This document shows, one piece after another, positions 49,875-58,514 of a stretch of 64,000 nt of DNA. The notes beneath the pieces were generated by a model. That model made no database searches. It saw only the letters and a list, made by a program, of their open reading frames with translations, and had not been told where the DNA came from. Position 1 is the first letter of the stretch, and each line of letters begins with the position of its first letter. Where the stretch lies: NCBI GenBank assembly GCA_965277805.1, contig OZ255842.1:5469282-5533281 (forward strand), written 5' to 3'. Position numbers and translations under genes: made by a program. This stretch comes from Candidatus Lustribacter sp. (lineage in GTDB: Bacteria; Vulcanimicrobiota; Vulcanimicrobiia; Vulcanimicrobiales; Vulcanimicrobiaceae).

Positions 49875-51560
49875 ATGGCAGACGTCCCTCTGATTCTAGT
49901 CGTGGGTGGTGATGCTCTTGCCGTTCGCGTGTGCGAGGAACTCTGCTCGACCCAAGGTCATCGCGTTGCCTTGGTCTGGCCGCACGACCACGAACTCGCC
50001 AAACAACTCGAACGGATCAAGTGCGAGTACCTGCCGTTCGCCCCCAACGACTACGAGGCGCTGCGCTCGGTCGGGGTCCCGGATGCTACCTCGCTGATGG
50101 CCCTGGCCGAGGACGATCGCGTCAACCTTCAGGTCGCGCTGAAGGCGCGCGACATCAATCCGAAGATCCGCGTCGTGCTGCGGCAATTCAACCGCACGCT
50201 CGCGCGCAAGATCGAACAGAACCTGCCCAACTGCTCGGTGTTGTCGCTGGCCTCACACGCCGCCGCCACGATCGTAGGCGCCGCGCTCGATCAATCGTCG
50301 TTCTACTCGCTCCAGTTTCCCGATCTCGACGGCGTGCTTTGCGGCTTCTCGCAGCGGCCGGCCGGGCTGTTCGGTGTCACCGGGATGACGCGCGCGGAAG
50401 CGCAGGCCCACCTGAAGATGCGCGTCATCGCCGTCGACGGCGTGACGGACTTCGACCCCAAGCGGCGCTTCGAGCCCGGCGACATCCTGGTGGTCTTCGG
50501 GCTGCTCAAGTACCTGATCGCCACGGTCGTCAACCCGGTCACCTCGGAGATCATCGAGCACCCGAACATCGGCAACCGCTTCCGCAGCTGGGTTCAGGCC
50601 TTCCGCCACCTCGATCCGGTGATCCGCGGCATGCTGGCCGCGGCAACGCTGGTCTTCATCGTCTCGACGATTTTCTTCGGCATCGTGTTCAAGAAGGACG
50701 GCATCACGGCGGCCTATTTCGTGACCACGACCATGACCACGACCGGTTACGGGGACATCACGCCGACGACGCACCTCGGCCAGCTGGCGACGATGCTGCT
50801 CGAGATTCTCGGCGTGGCCTTCTCCGGGATCTCGATCGCTTTCGTCACCACGGCGCTGACCCGGGCGCAGTTCACGGCGCTGCAGGGCTTGCGCCAGATC
50901 AAGACCCACAGCCACGTCGTCGTCTGCGGCGCCGGTAACGTCGGAACGCGCGTCATCGAGTTTTTGCGGATGCTGGGCCAGCCGGTCGTCGTGATCGACC
51001 CCGTCCCCGACGCCGAGACGGTAGAGCTTTCCCGCATCCGGGCGGTCGAGCTGCTGACGGGCGATGCGACGCGCGACGGCACGCTCGAGCTGTGCAACTT
51101 GCCCATGGCCCGTTCGCTGATCGCGCTCACGTCGAGCGATACGGCGAACCTGGAGGTGGCGCTGGGCGCCCGCGGCCGGAACCCGCATCTGCAAGTCGTG
51201 ATGCGCGTTCAGGACGACGCGTTCGCGGGCTCGGTGGGACGCCAGTTCGAGGCGATCCAGACCTTCTCGACGTCCTCGCTAGCCGCGCCGGCCTTCGCCG
51301 GGCTGTCCCGCTTCCCGGGAACCCGGGCGAGGATCGAGTTTGGCGACGAGGATTACAACGTCGGCGAACGGCTCCAAGGAGAGGTACCGATGCCTCCTCC
51401 GGCGGAGCACTGTGTTGCTCTTGCCGTGTGGCGGAATAACCAGTTCCTCCACATCGACAGCTTTGATGAAATGGAGCCCTTCGACCGGCTGCTTTTCATC
51501 GTTCCTTTGTCACAATTTCGTGCGGGGGCGCCGCGGCGGGAGACCCGCACGGCACCCTAA
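49875..51560 (+). CDS. Potassium channel with N- and C-terminal RCK (TrkA-N) domains
   Basis: TTTGYGD selectivity filter between two TM helices; VVCGAGNVG RCK; degenerate N-terminal RCK; start ATG 49875. Confidence 0.88.
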   Translation: MADVPLILVVGGDALAVRVCEELCSTQGHRVALVWPHDHELAKQLERIKCEYLPFAPNDYEALRSVGVPDATSLMALAEDDRVNLQVALKARDINPKIRVVLRQFNRTLARKIEQNLPNCSVLSLASHAAATIVGAALDQSSFYSLQFPDLDGVLCGFSQRPAGLFGVTGMTRAEAQAHLKMRVIAVDGVTDFDPKRRFEPGDILVVFGLLKYLIATVVNPVTSEIIEHPNIGNRFRSWVQAFRHLDPVIRGMLAAATLVFIVSTIFFGIVFKKDGITAAYFVTTTMTTTGYGDITPTTHLGQLATMLLEILGVAFSGISIAFVTTALTRAQFTALQGLRQIKTHSHVVVCGAGNVGTRVIEFLRMLGQPVVVIDPVPDAETVELSRIRAVELLTGDATRDGTLELCNLPMARSLIALTSSDTANLEVALGARGRNPHLQVVMRVQDDAFAGSVGRQFEAIQTFSTSSLAAPAFAGLSRFPGTRARIEFGDEDYNVGERLQGEVPMPPPAEHCVALAVWRNNQFLHIDSFDEMEPFDRLLFIVPLSQFRAGAPRRETRTAP

Positions 51561-51595
51561 GCGAACAACCGACCGTTCACGTGGGAGACCGAGTC

Positions 51596-52045
51596 ATGCT
51601 GCAACCCGGAGCGCGGGTACCGGATGTCGCCGCTGAGGATGATACCGGATCGAAAGTTCGCCTCCGCGACCTTGCCAAGAAGGCGCTGGTCGTCTATTTC
51701 TACCCTCGGGCCAACACCCCGGGCTGTACGAACGAAACGATCCAGTTCACCGAACTGAACCGTTCCTTTGCCAAAAAAGGGGTGACCGTCGTCGGAGTGA
51801 GCCGGGATACGGTCGCTGCGCAGGCCGGTTTCAAGGCCAAGTACGAGGTGCCGTTCCAACTGCTGGCCGACGTCAATTCCGCGATCTGCGATGCGTTCGG
51901 GGTAATCGTCGAGAAGAACATGTACGGTAAGAAATCACTCGGAATCCAGCGATCGACGTTCCTGATCCAGGACGGCGTCGTGACGAAGGTGTGGCCGAAA
52001 GTCAAGGTTGAGGGCCACGCCGCCGAGGTACTCAAATCTCTGTAG
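51596..52045 (+). CDS. bcp: Peroxiredoxin BCP/PrxQ
   Basis: YFYPRANTPGCT, GVS.D, RSTFLI. Confidence 0.92.
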   Translation: MLQPGARVPDVAAEDDTGSKVRLRDLAKKALVVYFYPRANTPGCTNETIQFTELNRSFAKKGVTVVGVSRDTVAAQAGFKAKYEVPFQLLADVNSAICDAFGVIVEKNMYGKKSLGIQRSTFLIQDGVVTKVWPKVKVEGHAAEVLKSL

Positions 52046-52050
52046 CGCCT

Positions 52051-52821
52051 TTGCGAATAACGGTTGCCGGGTCGAGTTGCTCGGTGCCGCGCATCGATCG
52101 CGCCTGTTCCGCCTACCTCATCGAGGATGGCAATTTTGCGTTTTCGCTCGATTTCGGAACGGGTGCCTTCGCCAACATTCGCCGCTACGTCGATTACGAC
52201 AAACTCGATGCGGTCGTGATCAGCCACATGCACGCCGATCACTTCCTCGATCTGATCCCGCTGCGCTACGCCATTCGCTACGGCTCGAAGCGCCGCACGA
52301 AGCCGCTTCCGCTCTGGATGCCGCCCGGCGGCACCGCGATGCTGCGCGCGATGACGGCCGTGTTTCACGGCGAGGGAAACGGCGATTTCCTCGACGAGGC
52401 GTTCGAGATCAAGGAGTTCGATCCGGAGAAGCCGCTGCCGATCGGCGCAGGCCGGCTGCGTTTTGCGCCGACGACGCACTTCATCACGTCGTTTGCGATC
52501 CGCTACGAACGCAACGGCACGAGCATCACCTATTCGGCCGATACGGCGCCGGATCAACGCGTCGTCGAGCTCGCGCGCGGCACCGACCTGTTCCTGTGTG
52601 AGGCAACGCTGCTCGCGAACGAAGAAGAACAGGGCGGCGTGCGCGGCCATTCCTCATCGAAAGAAGCCGCCAAAATGGCCGCCGACGCGGGCGTGAAACG
52701 CCTCGTCCTCACGCACTACTCGCAAGACGCCACGCACGCCGATCTCGAGGACGGCGCAAAAACCATCTACAAAGGCAAAATCGAAATCGCCGACGATCAC
52801 ACCGTCATCACGCTGGGCTAA
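52051..52821 (+). CDS. MBL-fold hydrolase (RNase Z/BN-like)
   Basis: ISHMHADH, YSADT, CEAT, GHS, LTHY. Confidence 0.88.
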   Translation: MRITVAGSSCSVPRIDRACSAYLIEDGNFAFSLDFGTGAFANIRRYVDYDKLDAVVISHMHADHFLDLIPLRYAIRYGSKRRTKPLPLWMPPGGTAMLRAMTAVFHGEGNGDFLDEAFEIKEFDPEKPLPIGAGRLRFAPTTHFITSFAIRYERNGTSITYSADTAPDQRVVELARGTDLFLCEATLLANEEEQGGVRGHSSSKEAAKMAADAGVKRLVLTHYSQDATHADLEDGAKTIYKGKIEIADDHTVITLG

Positions 52822-53363
52822 TTGTCGGTTTTGGCCTCTCCGCGGGGGAGCGAGAACTGGATCAGCGAGCTGATCGGGGCGAGGCCGCGCGAGACGATCG
52901 CGTAGACGTCGACTTTGAGGTTGAGCTCCTCGAGGCGCGCTCGCGCGGCGAGGACTTCACGGCCGCTGGTGACGACGTCCTCGAGCAGCAACACGCGTTG
53001 ACCGCCTTCGAACGGGCCCTCGACGTATTCGTCGGCGAAGGCGCCATACTGCTTCGGCTTCTTGCGCACCACGATCATCGGGATGCCGGTCATCTGCGAG
53101 ACGGCGGTGGCGATGATCACGCCGCCGAGTTCGGTGCCGCCGATTAGATCGGGGTTCGTTTCGGAAACGATCGGCGCGAACAGCCGCGCGATCCGGCGCA
53201 GCACCTGCGGATCGGAGAAGAGCCGGAATTTGTCGATGTAGTAGTCGCTGCGCACGCCGCCGGAGAGCAGATACTCTCCGCGCGTGATCGCGCGTTCGAC
53301 GATGATTTTGTGAAGCCAGCGCAGCTCGGGGATGCGGGCGATCGGCGAGTTCTCGTCGGGCAC
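52818..53363 (-). CDS. pyrE: Orotate phosphoribosyltransferase-like PRTase
   Basis: LSGG.RSDYYID, RKKPK.YG, LLEDVVTSG PRPP motif. Confidence 0.75.
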   Translation of the reverse strand: MPDENSPIARIPELRWLHKIIVERAITRGEYLLSGGVRSDYYIDKFRLFSDPQVLRRIARLFAPIVSETNPDLIGGTELGGVIIATAVSQMTGIPMIVVRKKPKQYGAFADEYVEGPFEGGQRVLLLEDVVTSGREVLAARARLEELNLKVDVYAIVSRGLAPISSLIQFSLPRGEAKTDN

Positions 53364-53366
53364 GGC

Positions 53367-54959
53367 CTACAACTCCCAGAGGAAGGCGTTCCAGGCTTCG
53401 TTCATCGGATTCGGAGCGAAGTTCTTGAACGCGGGATTGATCGGCTGCAGAAACCGAAAGTAGAACAGTTCGATGTCGGGGACGTCGCGTGCGATCAGTT
53501 TCTGAATCTCCGAGTAGGCTTTTTTGCGCGTTTCCTCGTCGTACGAACCCAGCGCCGAAGCTTGCAGCCGTTGCATTTCCGGCGAACAATATCGCGAGTA
53601 GTTCGTACCGGCCGGCGGAAACTGGTCGCAGCCGTAGAGCGAGTTGTCGTCCGGATCGAAGCCTGCCGTCCACCCCGACACGTTCAGATCATATTTCGCG
53701 TTGGTCAAAATCCCGCCTTGTCCGAACGTCCCGAACATCAGGTTGGCCGGATAACTCTTCACGGGGGCGTCGATCCCGATCCCCTTGAGCTCGGATTGGA
53801 CTTGGACCGCGATCGACCGGCGGGTCGCGTTTTCGATGTTGTAGGAGAGCTGGAGCGAGAGCGGGCGGCCGTTTTTCTGTGCCATGCCGTCGGGGCCGAA
53901 ACGGTAGCCGGCCGCCGTCAGGAGCGCGCGAGCCTTTGCCGGATCGGGCGTGTAGATCCTGACGTTGGGCTCGTAATAGGGTGAGAACGGCGGCTGATCG
54001 GAGGTGCCGACGACGGCCGTTCCCCCCGTGAGCCGGTCGACGATCAGCTTTTTGTCGATCGCGTAGGCGATCGCCTGACGCACCCGCACGTCGCGCAGCG
54101 CGGGCCGCGAGGTGTTCATGTAGAGGCGATACGTGGAGGGTGCATCGACGAAGTCGAGCTTGATCGTGCCGGCCGCATCGAGCGGGCGCAGCTCGTTGAT
54201 CGTCTCGGGCGAGGCTTCGAAGATCCAGTCGACTTGCCGGCTGCGCAGGAGGTTGATCGACGTGTTCTCATCGGGAACGTCTTCGACGATGATCCGGCGC
54301 AGTTTGGGTTTGCCGCGAAAGTAGCTGTCGTTCGCCACCAGCTCGACGTGGTCGCCGCGGACCCATTTCACGACGCGGAAGGGTCCCGTGCCGATCGGCA
54401 TCTGGTTGAACGGCACCTGGTTGAGGTTCGGATAGCCGGCCAGCAAATGGGCCGGCAGGATGCAATACGGTGTGTCGCTTTCGGCGAAGACCGTGTCGAC
54501 GAACGGCGCAAACTTTGCTTTGAGGTGAAAGACGACCGTCAAGGCGTTCGGCGTGTCGACCGACGCTACGCGCTCGTAGCCGTTGCGGCTGCTCACGTTG
54601 TTGGCGTTGTTCATGATCGCTTGCCAGGTGAACTTGACGTCGCGGCTCGTAAACGGAGCGCCGTCTTGCCAGCGCACGCCCGCGCGCAGATGATATGTGA
54701 TCGTCGTGCCGTCGGCGCTGATGCCGCCGTTGGCGAGCGTGGGAACCACCGCGGCCAGGATCGGCAACAGATGTTTGCCCGTCGGATCCACCGACAGCAG
54801 CGTATCGAACGAGAGCCGGTTGAACAGCGCTTCGGTCGTGTTCGCGGCGAGGATCGGATTGAGCGTATTGGGCGAGCGCTGCGTCGCTATGCGCAGCGTG
54901 GCGGCGGCGTTTTGAGCGCTGGTATCGCCGACGCGCGTGCACGCGGCGAATGCAATCAC
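53367..54959 (-). CDS. Peptide ABC transporter substrate-binding lipoprotein (family 5)
   Basis: FAAC lipobox, LRAGVRWQDG.PFT..DV.FT, PIGTGPF, VRQAIAYAID; start uncertain. Confidence 0.9.
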   Translation of the reverse strand: MIAFAACTRVGDTSAQNAAATLRIATQRSPNTLNPILAANTTEALFNRLSFDTLLSVDPTGKHLLPILAAVVPTLANGGISADGTTITYHLRAGVRWQDGAPFTSRDVKFTWQAIMNNANNVSSRNGYERVASVDTPNALTVVFHLKAKFAPFVDTVFAESDTPYCILPAHLLAGYPNLNQVPFNQMPIGTGPFRVVKWVRGDHVELVANDSYFRGKPKLRRIIVEDVPDENTSINLLRSRQVDWIFEASPETINELRPLDAAGTIKLDFVDAPSTYRLYMNTSRPALRDVRVRQAIAYAIDKKLIVDRLTGGTAVVGTSDQPPFSPYYEPNVRIYTPDPAKARALLTAAGYRFGPDGMAQKNGRPLSLQLSYNIENATRRSIAVQVQSELKGIGIDAPVKSYPANLMFGTFGQGGILTNAKYDLNVSGWTAGFDPDDNSLYGCDQFPPAGTNYSRYCSPEMQRLQASALGSYDEETRKKAYSEIQKLIARDVPDIELFYFRFLQPINPAFKNFAPNPMNEAWNAFLWEL

Positions 54960-54988
54960 GAAGAGCAGCGCGCAAGCGCGCAGGAGTG

Positions 54989-56680
54989 TTAGCGCCGCTT
55001 CGGCGCCGGCTTTTTGGCTGAGGATTTTTTCACCGCAGGCTTTGCCGCGGGCGCCTTCTTCGCCGGTGCCTTCTTGGCGGGCACGGCTTTTTTCGGCGCC
55101 GCCTTTTTGGCCGGTGCGGCTTTTTTCGGCGCCGCCTTTTTCAACGGTGCGGCTTTTTTCGGCGCCGCCTTTTTGACCGGCACGGCTTTCTTCACCGGTG
55201 CTTTTTTCGCGACGGCTTTTTTCGCCGGAGCCTTTTTCGCCGGCGCGGCTTTCTTGGCCGGCGCCTTGGCAACGGCGGATTTTTTAGCCGGCGGCGTGGC
55301 CTTCACCGGTTTCGGAGCAGGCTTCGGCGGCGGTGCGGTCTTCACGGCTTTTGCCGGAACAGCTTTTGCCGGCTCTGCCTTAACGGGCACCGCCTTCAAC
55401 GGCACGGTTTTAACAAGCGCGGTTCTGGGGGGCTTCGGTGCGGGCGCGGGCGCGGGTTCCGGTTCGGGCGCGGCGGCTGGAGGTTTGGGCGAGCGCGCTT
55501 TGACCGGCGGCTCGGCCGCCGCGGCCGGCGGCACGAACGGCGTCTCGGGCGCGCGCTCCGGCGTGCTCTCCTTGGCCCGGGTCGACGATGCGCCGGGCCG
55601 GGCTTTGCGCACGGCCTTGGCGGCGCCGGCGGCCACGGGTTCCGCGGCAACGTGAACGGGTTCCGGTGCGGGCGGCGGCGGCGGGGGCGGCGGCGGCGGT
55701 TCGGGCTCGGGCGGCTTCACGTAGCGCAAGGCCACGCGTGCCAGGCGGCCGCCGATCGGGAAGACGAGCTCGTTGATCTCGAGTTCGTCGAGCACGCCGA
55801 GCACGGTTTCGAAGGAGTTGCCCTGATCGCGCGGGCTGTGCGCATCCGAACCGATCGCGATGCCGACGCCGCGTTCCTTGGCCTTGCGCAACAGGCGCCG
55901 GTTGGCGTCGAGATAGCGGGCCTTTTCCTCTTCGGGATGATCGCGATAGAGGAAGCGGGTGTTGAACTCGACCGCCATGCCCTGACGCTCCGCGAGGTCG
56001 AGCATCTTGTCTTCGTAGCCTTCGAGCGTCGCCTGATCGGGCCAATGACCAAAGATCGCGGGCACGTAGAAGTGGCCGACGATGTTGCCCGGCAGCCGTT
56101 CGAGGGCGTCGAGCAGCACACCCATATAGAGTTCCCACGTCTTTTCAGTGCCGACGTGATCGTAGAGCGAGGCGAATTCGGGGTTGTCGAACGGCCAATT
56201 CCAGTTGGGCCCGTGCACCGGATGTTCGATCGGAATGAAGTGCACCGACCGGATCAGGCCGTCGGGGCGCATCGCCTCGACGATGTTCTGGGCGTCGGGC
56301 CGGGCGCGCGGATCGTTGTCGACCTCGGCGCCGATCGAGTAGCGCATGCCGCGCCGCAGTCCCTCGGAGACGACCTGAGCGTGTCCGACGTCGACGTTGG
56401 CGGTCTCGGCGGCACCGTAGAGGTCGCCGGCTTGCGCGAGTTTGAGCGCACGGCGGACCAGATTGACCGAGGCCGGATCTTCAAACGTCAGCGAATTCAT
56501 GTGGTCGGTGACCATCATGAAGCGCGGATAGCCGCGGCGGCATGCGTGGTAAAACCACAGGAACAGCATACGCGCCGTCAGGGGCAGGGGACGCTCCTCG
56601 GCGTACGGCTTGTGTTCGCCCTTGGCGTGACCGTGAATGTCCGGGATGGCGTTGACGCGCGGATCGCGCTCGGTGTGCAC
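54989..56680 (-). CDS. PHP-domain phosphoesterase (HisJ-like) fused to a Pro-rich linker and a histone H1-like Lys/Ala/Pro tail
   Basis: DIHGH, TDH, GAEVD, SVH, GH and GSDAH PHP motifs; C-terminal KKAAP repeats; start GTG 56680 approximate. Confidence 0.85.
   Translation of the reverse strand: MHTERDPRVNAIPDIHGHAKGEHKPYAEERPLPLTARMLFLWFYHACRRGYPRFMMVTDHMNSLTFEDPASVNLVRRALKLAQAGDLYGAAETANVDVGHAQVVSEGLRRGMRYSIGAEVDNDPRARPDAQNIVEAMRPDGLIRSVHFIPIEHPVHGPNWNWPFDNPEFASLYDHVGTEKTWELYMGVLLDALERLPGNIVGHFYVPAIFGHWPDQATLEGYEDKMLDLAERQGMAVEFNTRFLYRDHPEEEKARYLDANRRLLRKAKERGVGIAIGSDAHSPRDQGNSFETVLGVLDELEINELVFPIGGRLARVALRYVKPPEPEPPPPPPPPPPAPEPVHVAAEPVAAGAAKAVRKARPGASSTRAKESTPERAPETPFVPPAAAAEPPVKARSPKPPAAAPEPEPAPAPAPKPPRTALVKTVPLKAVPVKAEPAKAVPAKAVKTAPPPKPAPKPVKATPPAKKSAVAKAPAKKAAPAKKAPAKKAVAKKAPVKKAVPVKKAAPKKAAPLKKAAPKKAAPAKKAAPKKAVPAKKAPAKKAPAAKPAVKKSSAKKPAPKRR
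55085..55183. repeat. Three tandem 33-bp units encoding the KKAAPKKAxPx repeats
   Basis: GGCTTTTTTCGGCGCCGCCTTTTT starts at 55085, 55118 and 55151. Confidence 0.85.
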
Positions 56681-56738
56681 GAAACCGCCGTTCTTTCTGA
56701 GAATTCGCGGGGTCGCCCTCCCCCGGTGGGGCCGGTGC

Positions 56739-56768
56739 AAAAAAAAAGCCGGCTGACGATCAGCCGGC
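56739..56768 (-). terminator. Intrinsic (Rho-independent) terminator
   Basis: 9-bp perfect stem GCCGGCTGA/TCAGCCGGC with a 3-nt loop, followed by 9 T on the minus strand. Confidence 0.9.
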
Positions 56769-56922
56769 GGACAAGGGTTTGCGCTTGGGAGAAGCCCGGA
56801 CTAGGTCCGAGCACCTCCAGTCATCGTAAAACCAGGTTTGGGAATGTCACTAGTAACGATAACCACCTCCTCTTGTCCGCCTGTTATCCTTCGCTAAGTG
56901 TGTTGTCTGAAGGGGCCGCGGA
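56739..56922 (-). ncRNA. Candidate structured ncRNA or cis-regulatory leader (three-way junction plus terminator)
   Basis: 10-bp P1 (56766-56775 with 56872-56881), P2 (56820-56863), P3 (56788-56818), two GGAGGTG motifs, no credible long ORF; 5' end estimated. Confidence 0.6.
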
Positions 56923-56971
56923 CGTAATATGATGGCGGTATTTGCGAACAGTTCTCGACGTCCTTCCGCGT

Positions 56972-57541
56972 TCAATTCTCTTGCGCGTCGGTCTCGAAGT
57001 TGATCGTGACTTCATCGCCGGCGATGAGGTTGCCGTCGAGGATCGGGCCGAACGTCATGCCGTAGTCGCGGCGGTCGATCGTGGTCGTGCCGCTGTAGGC
57101 GAAGTGCTTCTTGCCCTTCACCACAGCGGTAGCGTCGAGCGTCGTCGCGATGTTGACGCTCTTGGTCACGCCGTGGATGGTCAGGTCGCCCGTCAGCGTG
57201 AACGCTTTGGGTGTACCTTTCACCGATTTCTCGACGAACGTAATCGTGGGGTACTTGGCGACTTCAAAGTAGTGGTCGCGCAGATCGGCGTCACGGTTGC
57301 CGTTGCCCGTTCCGAACGCGTTGAGGTCGAACGAGGCGTTGATCGCGCTGGGCAGGCCGTTGTCGGCGATGGTTGCCGTCCCGGTCGCCAGCGGAATCTG
57401 GCCGTGCACTTTGCTCAGGGCTAAGTGCGTAACCACGAACTCGGCTTGCGTATGGGCCTTCTCCAACGTGAAATCGGTGGCGAAGGCGGGCGCGCACGTG
57501 AAGAGCAGCAGCAGCCCGGTCGCAATCGGTAGACGTATCAT
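56972..57541 (-). CDS. YceI family periplasmic (polyisoprenoid-binding) protein
   Basis: Signal peptide, HT...F...H, RD.DL....FE...YP.I.F, GDLTIHGVTK, IDRRDYG. Confidence 0.92.
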   Translation of the reverse strand: MIRLPIATGLLLLFTCAPAFATDFTLEKAHTQAEFVVTHLALSKVHGQIPLATGTATIADNGLPSAINASFDLNAFGTGNGNRDADLRDHYFEVAKYPTITFVEKSVKGTPKAFTLTGDLTIHGVTKSVNIATTLDATAVVKGKKHFAYSGTTTIDRRDYGMTFGPILDGNLIAGDEVTINFETDAQEN

Positions 57542-57623
57542 GCATCCGGCCTACGCCGCGCCCGGGTTTATTTCCGCCCGGACGCCTGCAGGTGAGCGGC
57601 CGAGGTACGTTCGAGGAAGCGGC

Positions 57624-58514
57624 ATGGAGAAAATCGTTCCTTTGACGGGTTTGCGCGTGCGCGGCCCGCTCGGCGTCGCTCACCTGCCGCGATTGTGGCT
57701 CAAATGCGTACTCGGCGCCGCCGGCGCCCTGCCCGAGGGCTACACGACGACGCACGTCGGCACGAACGCGAGCGTCGTCGACGGCATCGGCCTCGATCCC
57801 GAAGCGACGTACGCGTATCTCACCGGCGGTCCGGCCTACGCCGCGTTTGAAGATTGGGTGCGCGCGCATGCGACGAAACTCGATATCGAATCGATCGCAC
57901 TCGTCAACACCCGCGTCGAAGCGCACCAGAAACCGGCAGCAAATGCGGCTGAAGTGCGCGCGCGTACCGGCGTGACCGATGCGTCGATCGGCGGCGCCGC
58001 GCTGCTGAACGAACTCGATGATTGGGCGACGCTACACGCGGCGCTCGCGGCGAACGCAGGCGGCACGCCGGAACCGATCGTTCCCGCCGTGAGCACGCAG
58101 AGCACGGGACCGCTCGGGCTGATGCACCTGCCGCGCTTTTGGATGAAGGCGACGCTGCACGCCGCGGGCGCGCTGTGGGACGATTGGAAATCCGGACCCG
58201 ACAGCCCACTCGACATGTGGTTCTGCGCGGCGATCGGGCTCGACACCGCGACCGCGATCGCGCACATCAAGGCGCAGCGCCCGTCGTATATGGCGTTCGA
58301 AGGCTGGGTGCGCGCGAGCCTTCCGAATCTTGGTCCGGCGGAAATCGCCGCGACCAACGCCACGCTGAAGGGACGTCAGAAACCGGAAGAAGTCGCCGCG
58401 CGCGAACGCGCGCTACTCGGCCTCACGGACACGGATTACCGGCCGTCGATCGAGCTCAACGACCAAGTCGATTGGCACCAGCTCCACGCAAATCTCGCGG
58501 AGCGTGTCGCCTAA
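57624..58514 (+). CDS. Tandem DUF5069-like domain protein
   Basis: Two internal repeats GPLG..HLPR.W.K...AAGAL...GLD....P.Y.AFE.WVRA...QKP...LN...DW..LHA; AGGAAG RBS. Confidence 0.75.
   Translation: MEKIVPLTGLRVRGPLGVAHLPRLWLKCVLGAAGALPEGYTTTHVGTNASVVDGIGLDPEATYAYLTGGPAYAAFEDWVRAHATKLDIESIALVNTRVEAHQKPAANAAEVRARTGVTDASIGGAALLNELDDWATLHAALAANAGGTPEPIVPAVSTQSTGPLGLMHLPRFWMKATLHAAGALWDDWKSGPDSPLDMWFCAAIGLDTATAIAHIKAQRPSYMAFEGWVRASLPNLGPAEIAATNATLKGRQKPEEVAARERALLGLTDTDYRPSIELNDQVDWHQLHANLAERVA

Noticed and set aside
55000-55400. Regularly spaced repeats that could suggest a CRISPR array
   Set aside because: Repeats are contiguous coding units of the KKAAP tail without unique spacers; no cas genes in the window
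56739-56922. Assignment of the structured RNA to 6S, SRP, tmRNA, T-box or a known riboswitch
   Set aside because: Lacks the 6S long rod with central bubble, the SRP GGAA-loop motif, tRNA-like ends and the T-box or common aptamer consensus sequences
57545-57845. 16-bp direct repeat TCCGGCCTACGCCGCG, resembling part of the enterobacterial REP
   Set aside because: GC-rich word whose core recurs as Pro-Ala-Tyr codons elsewhere (about 8865 and 42450); no element lies between the copies
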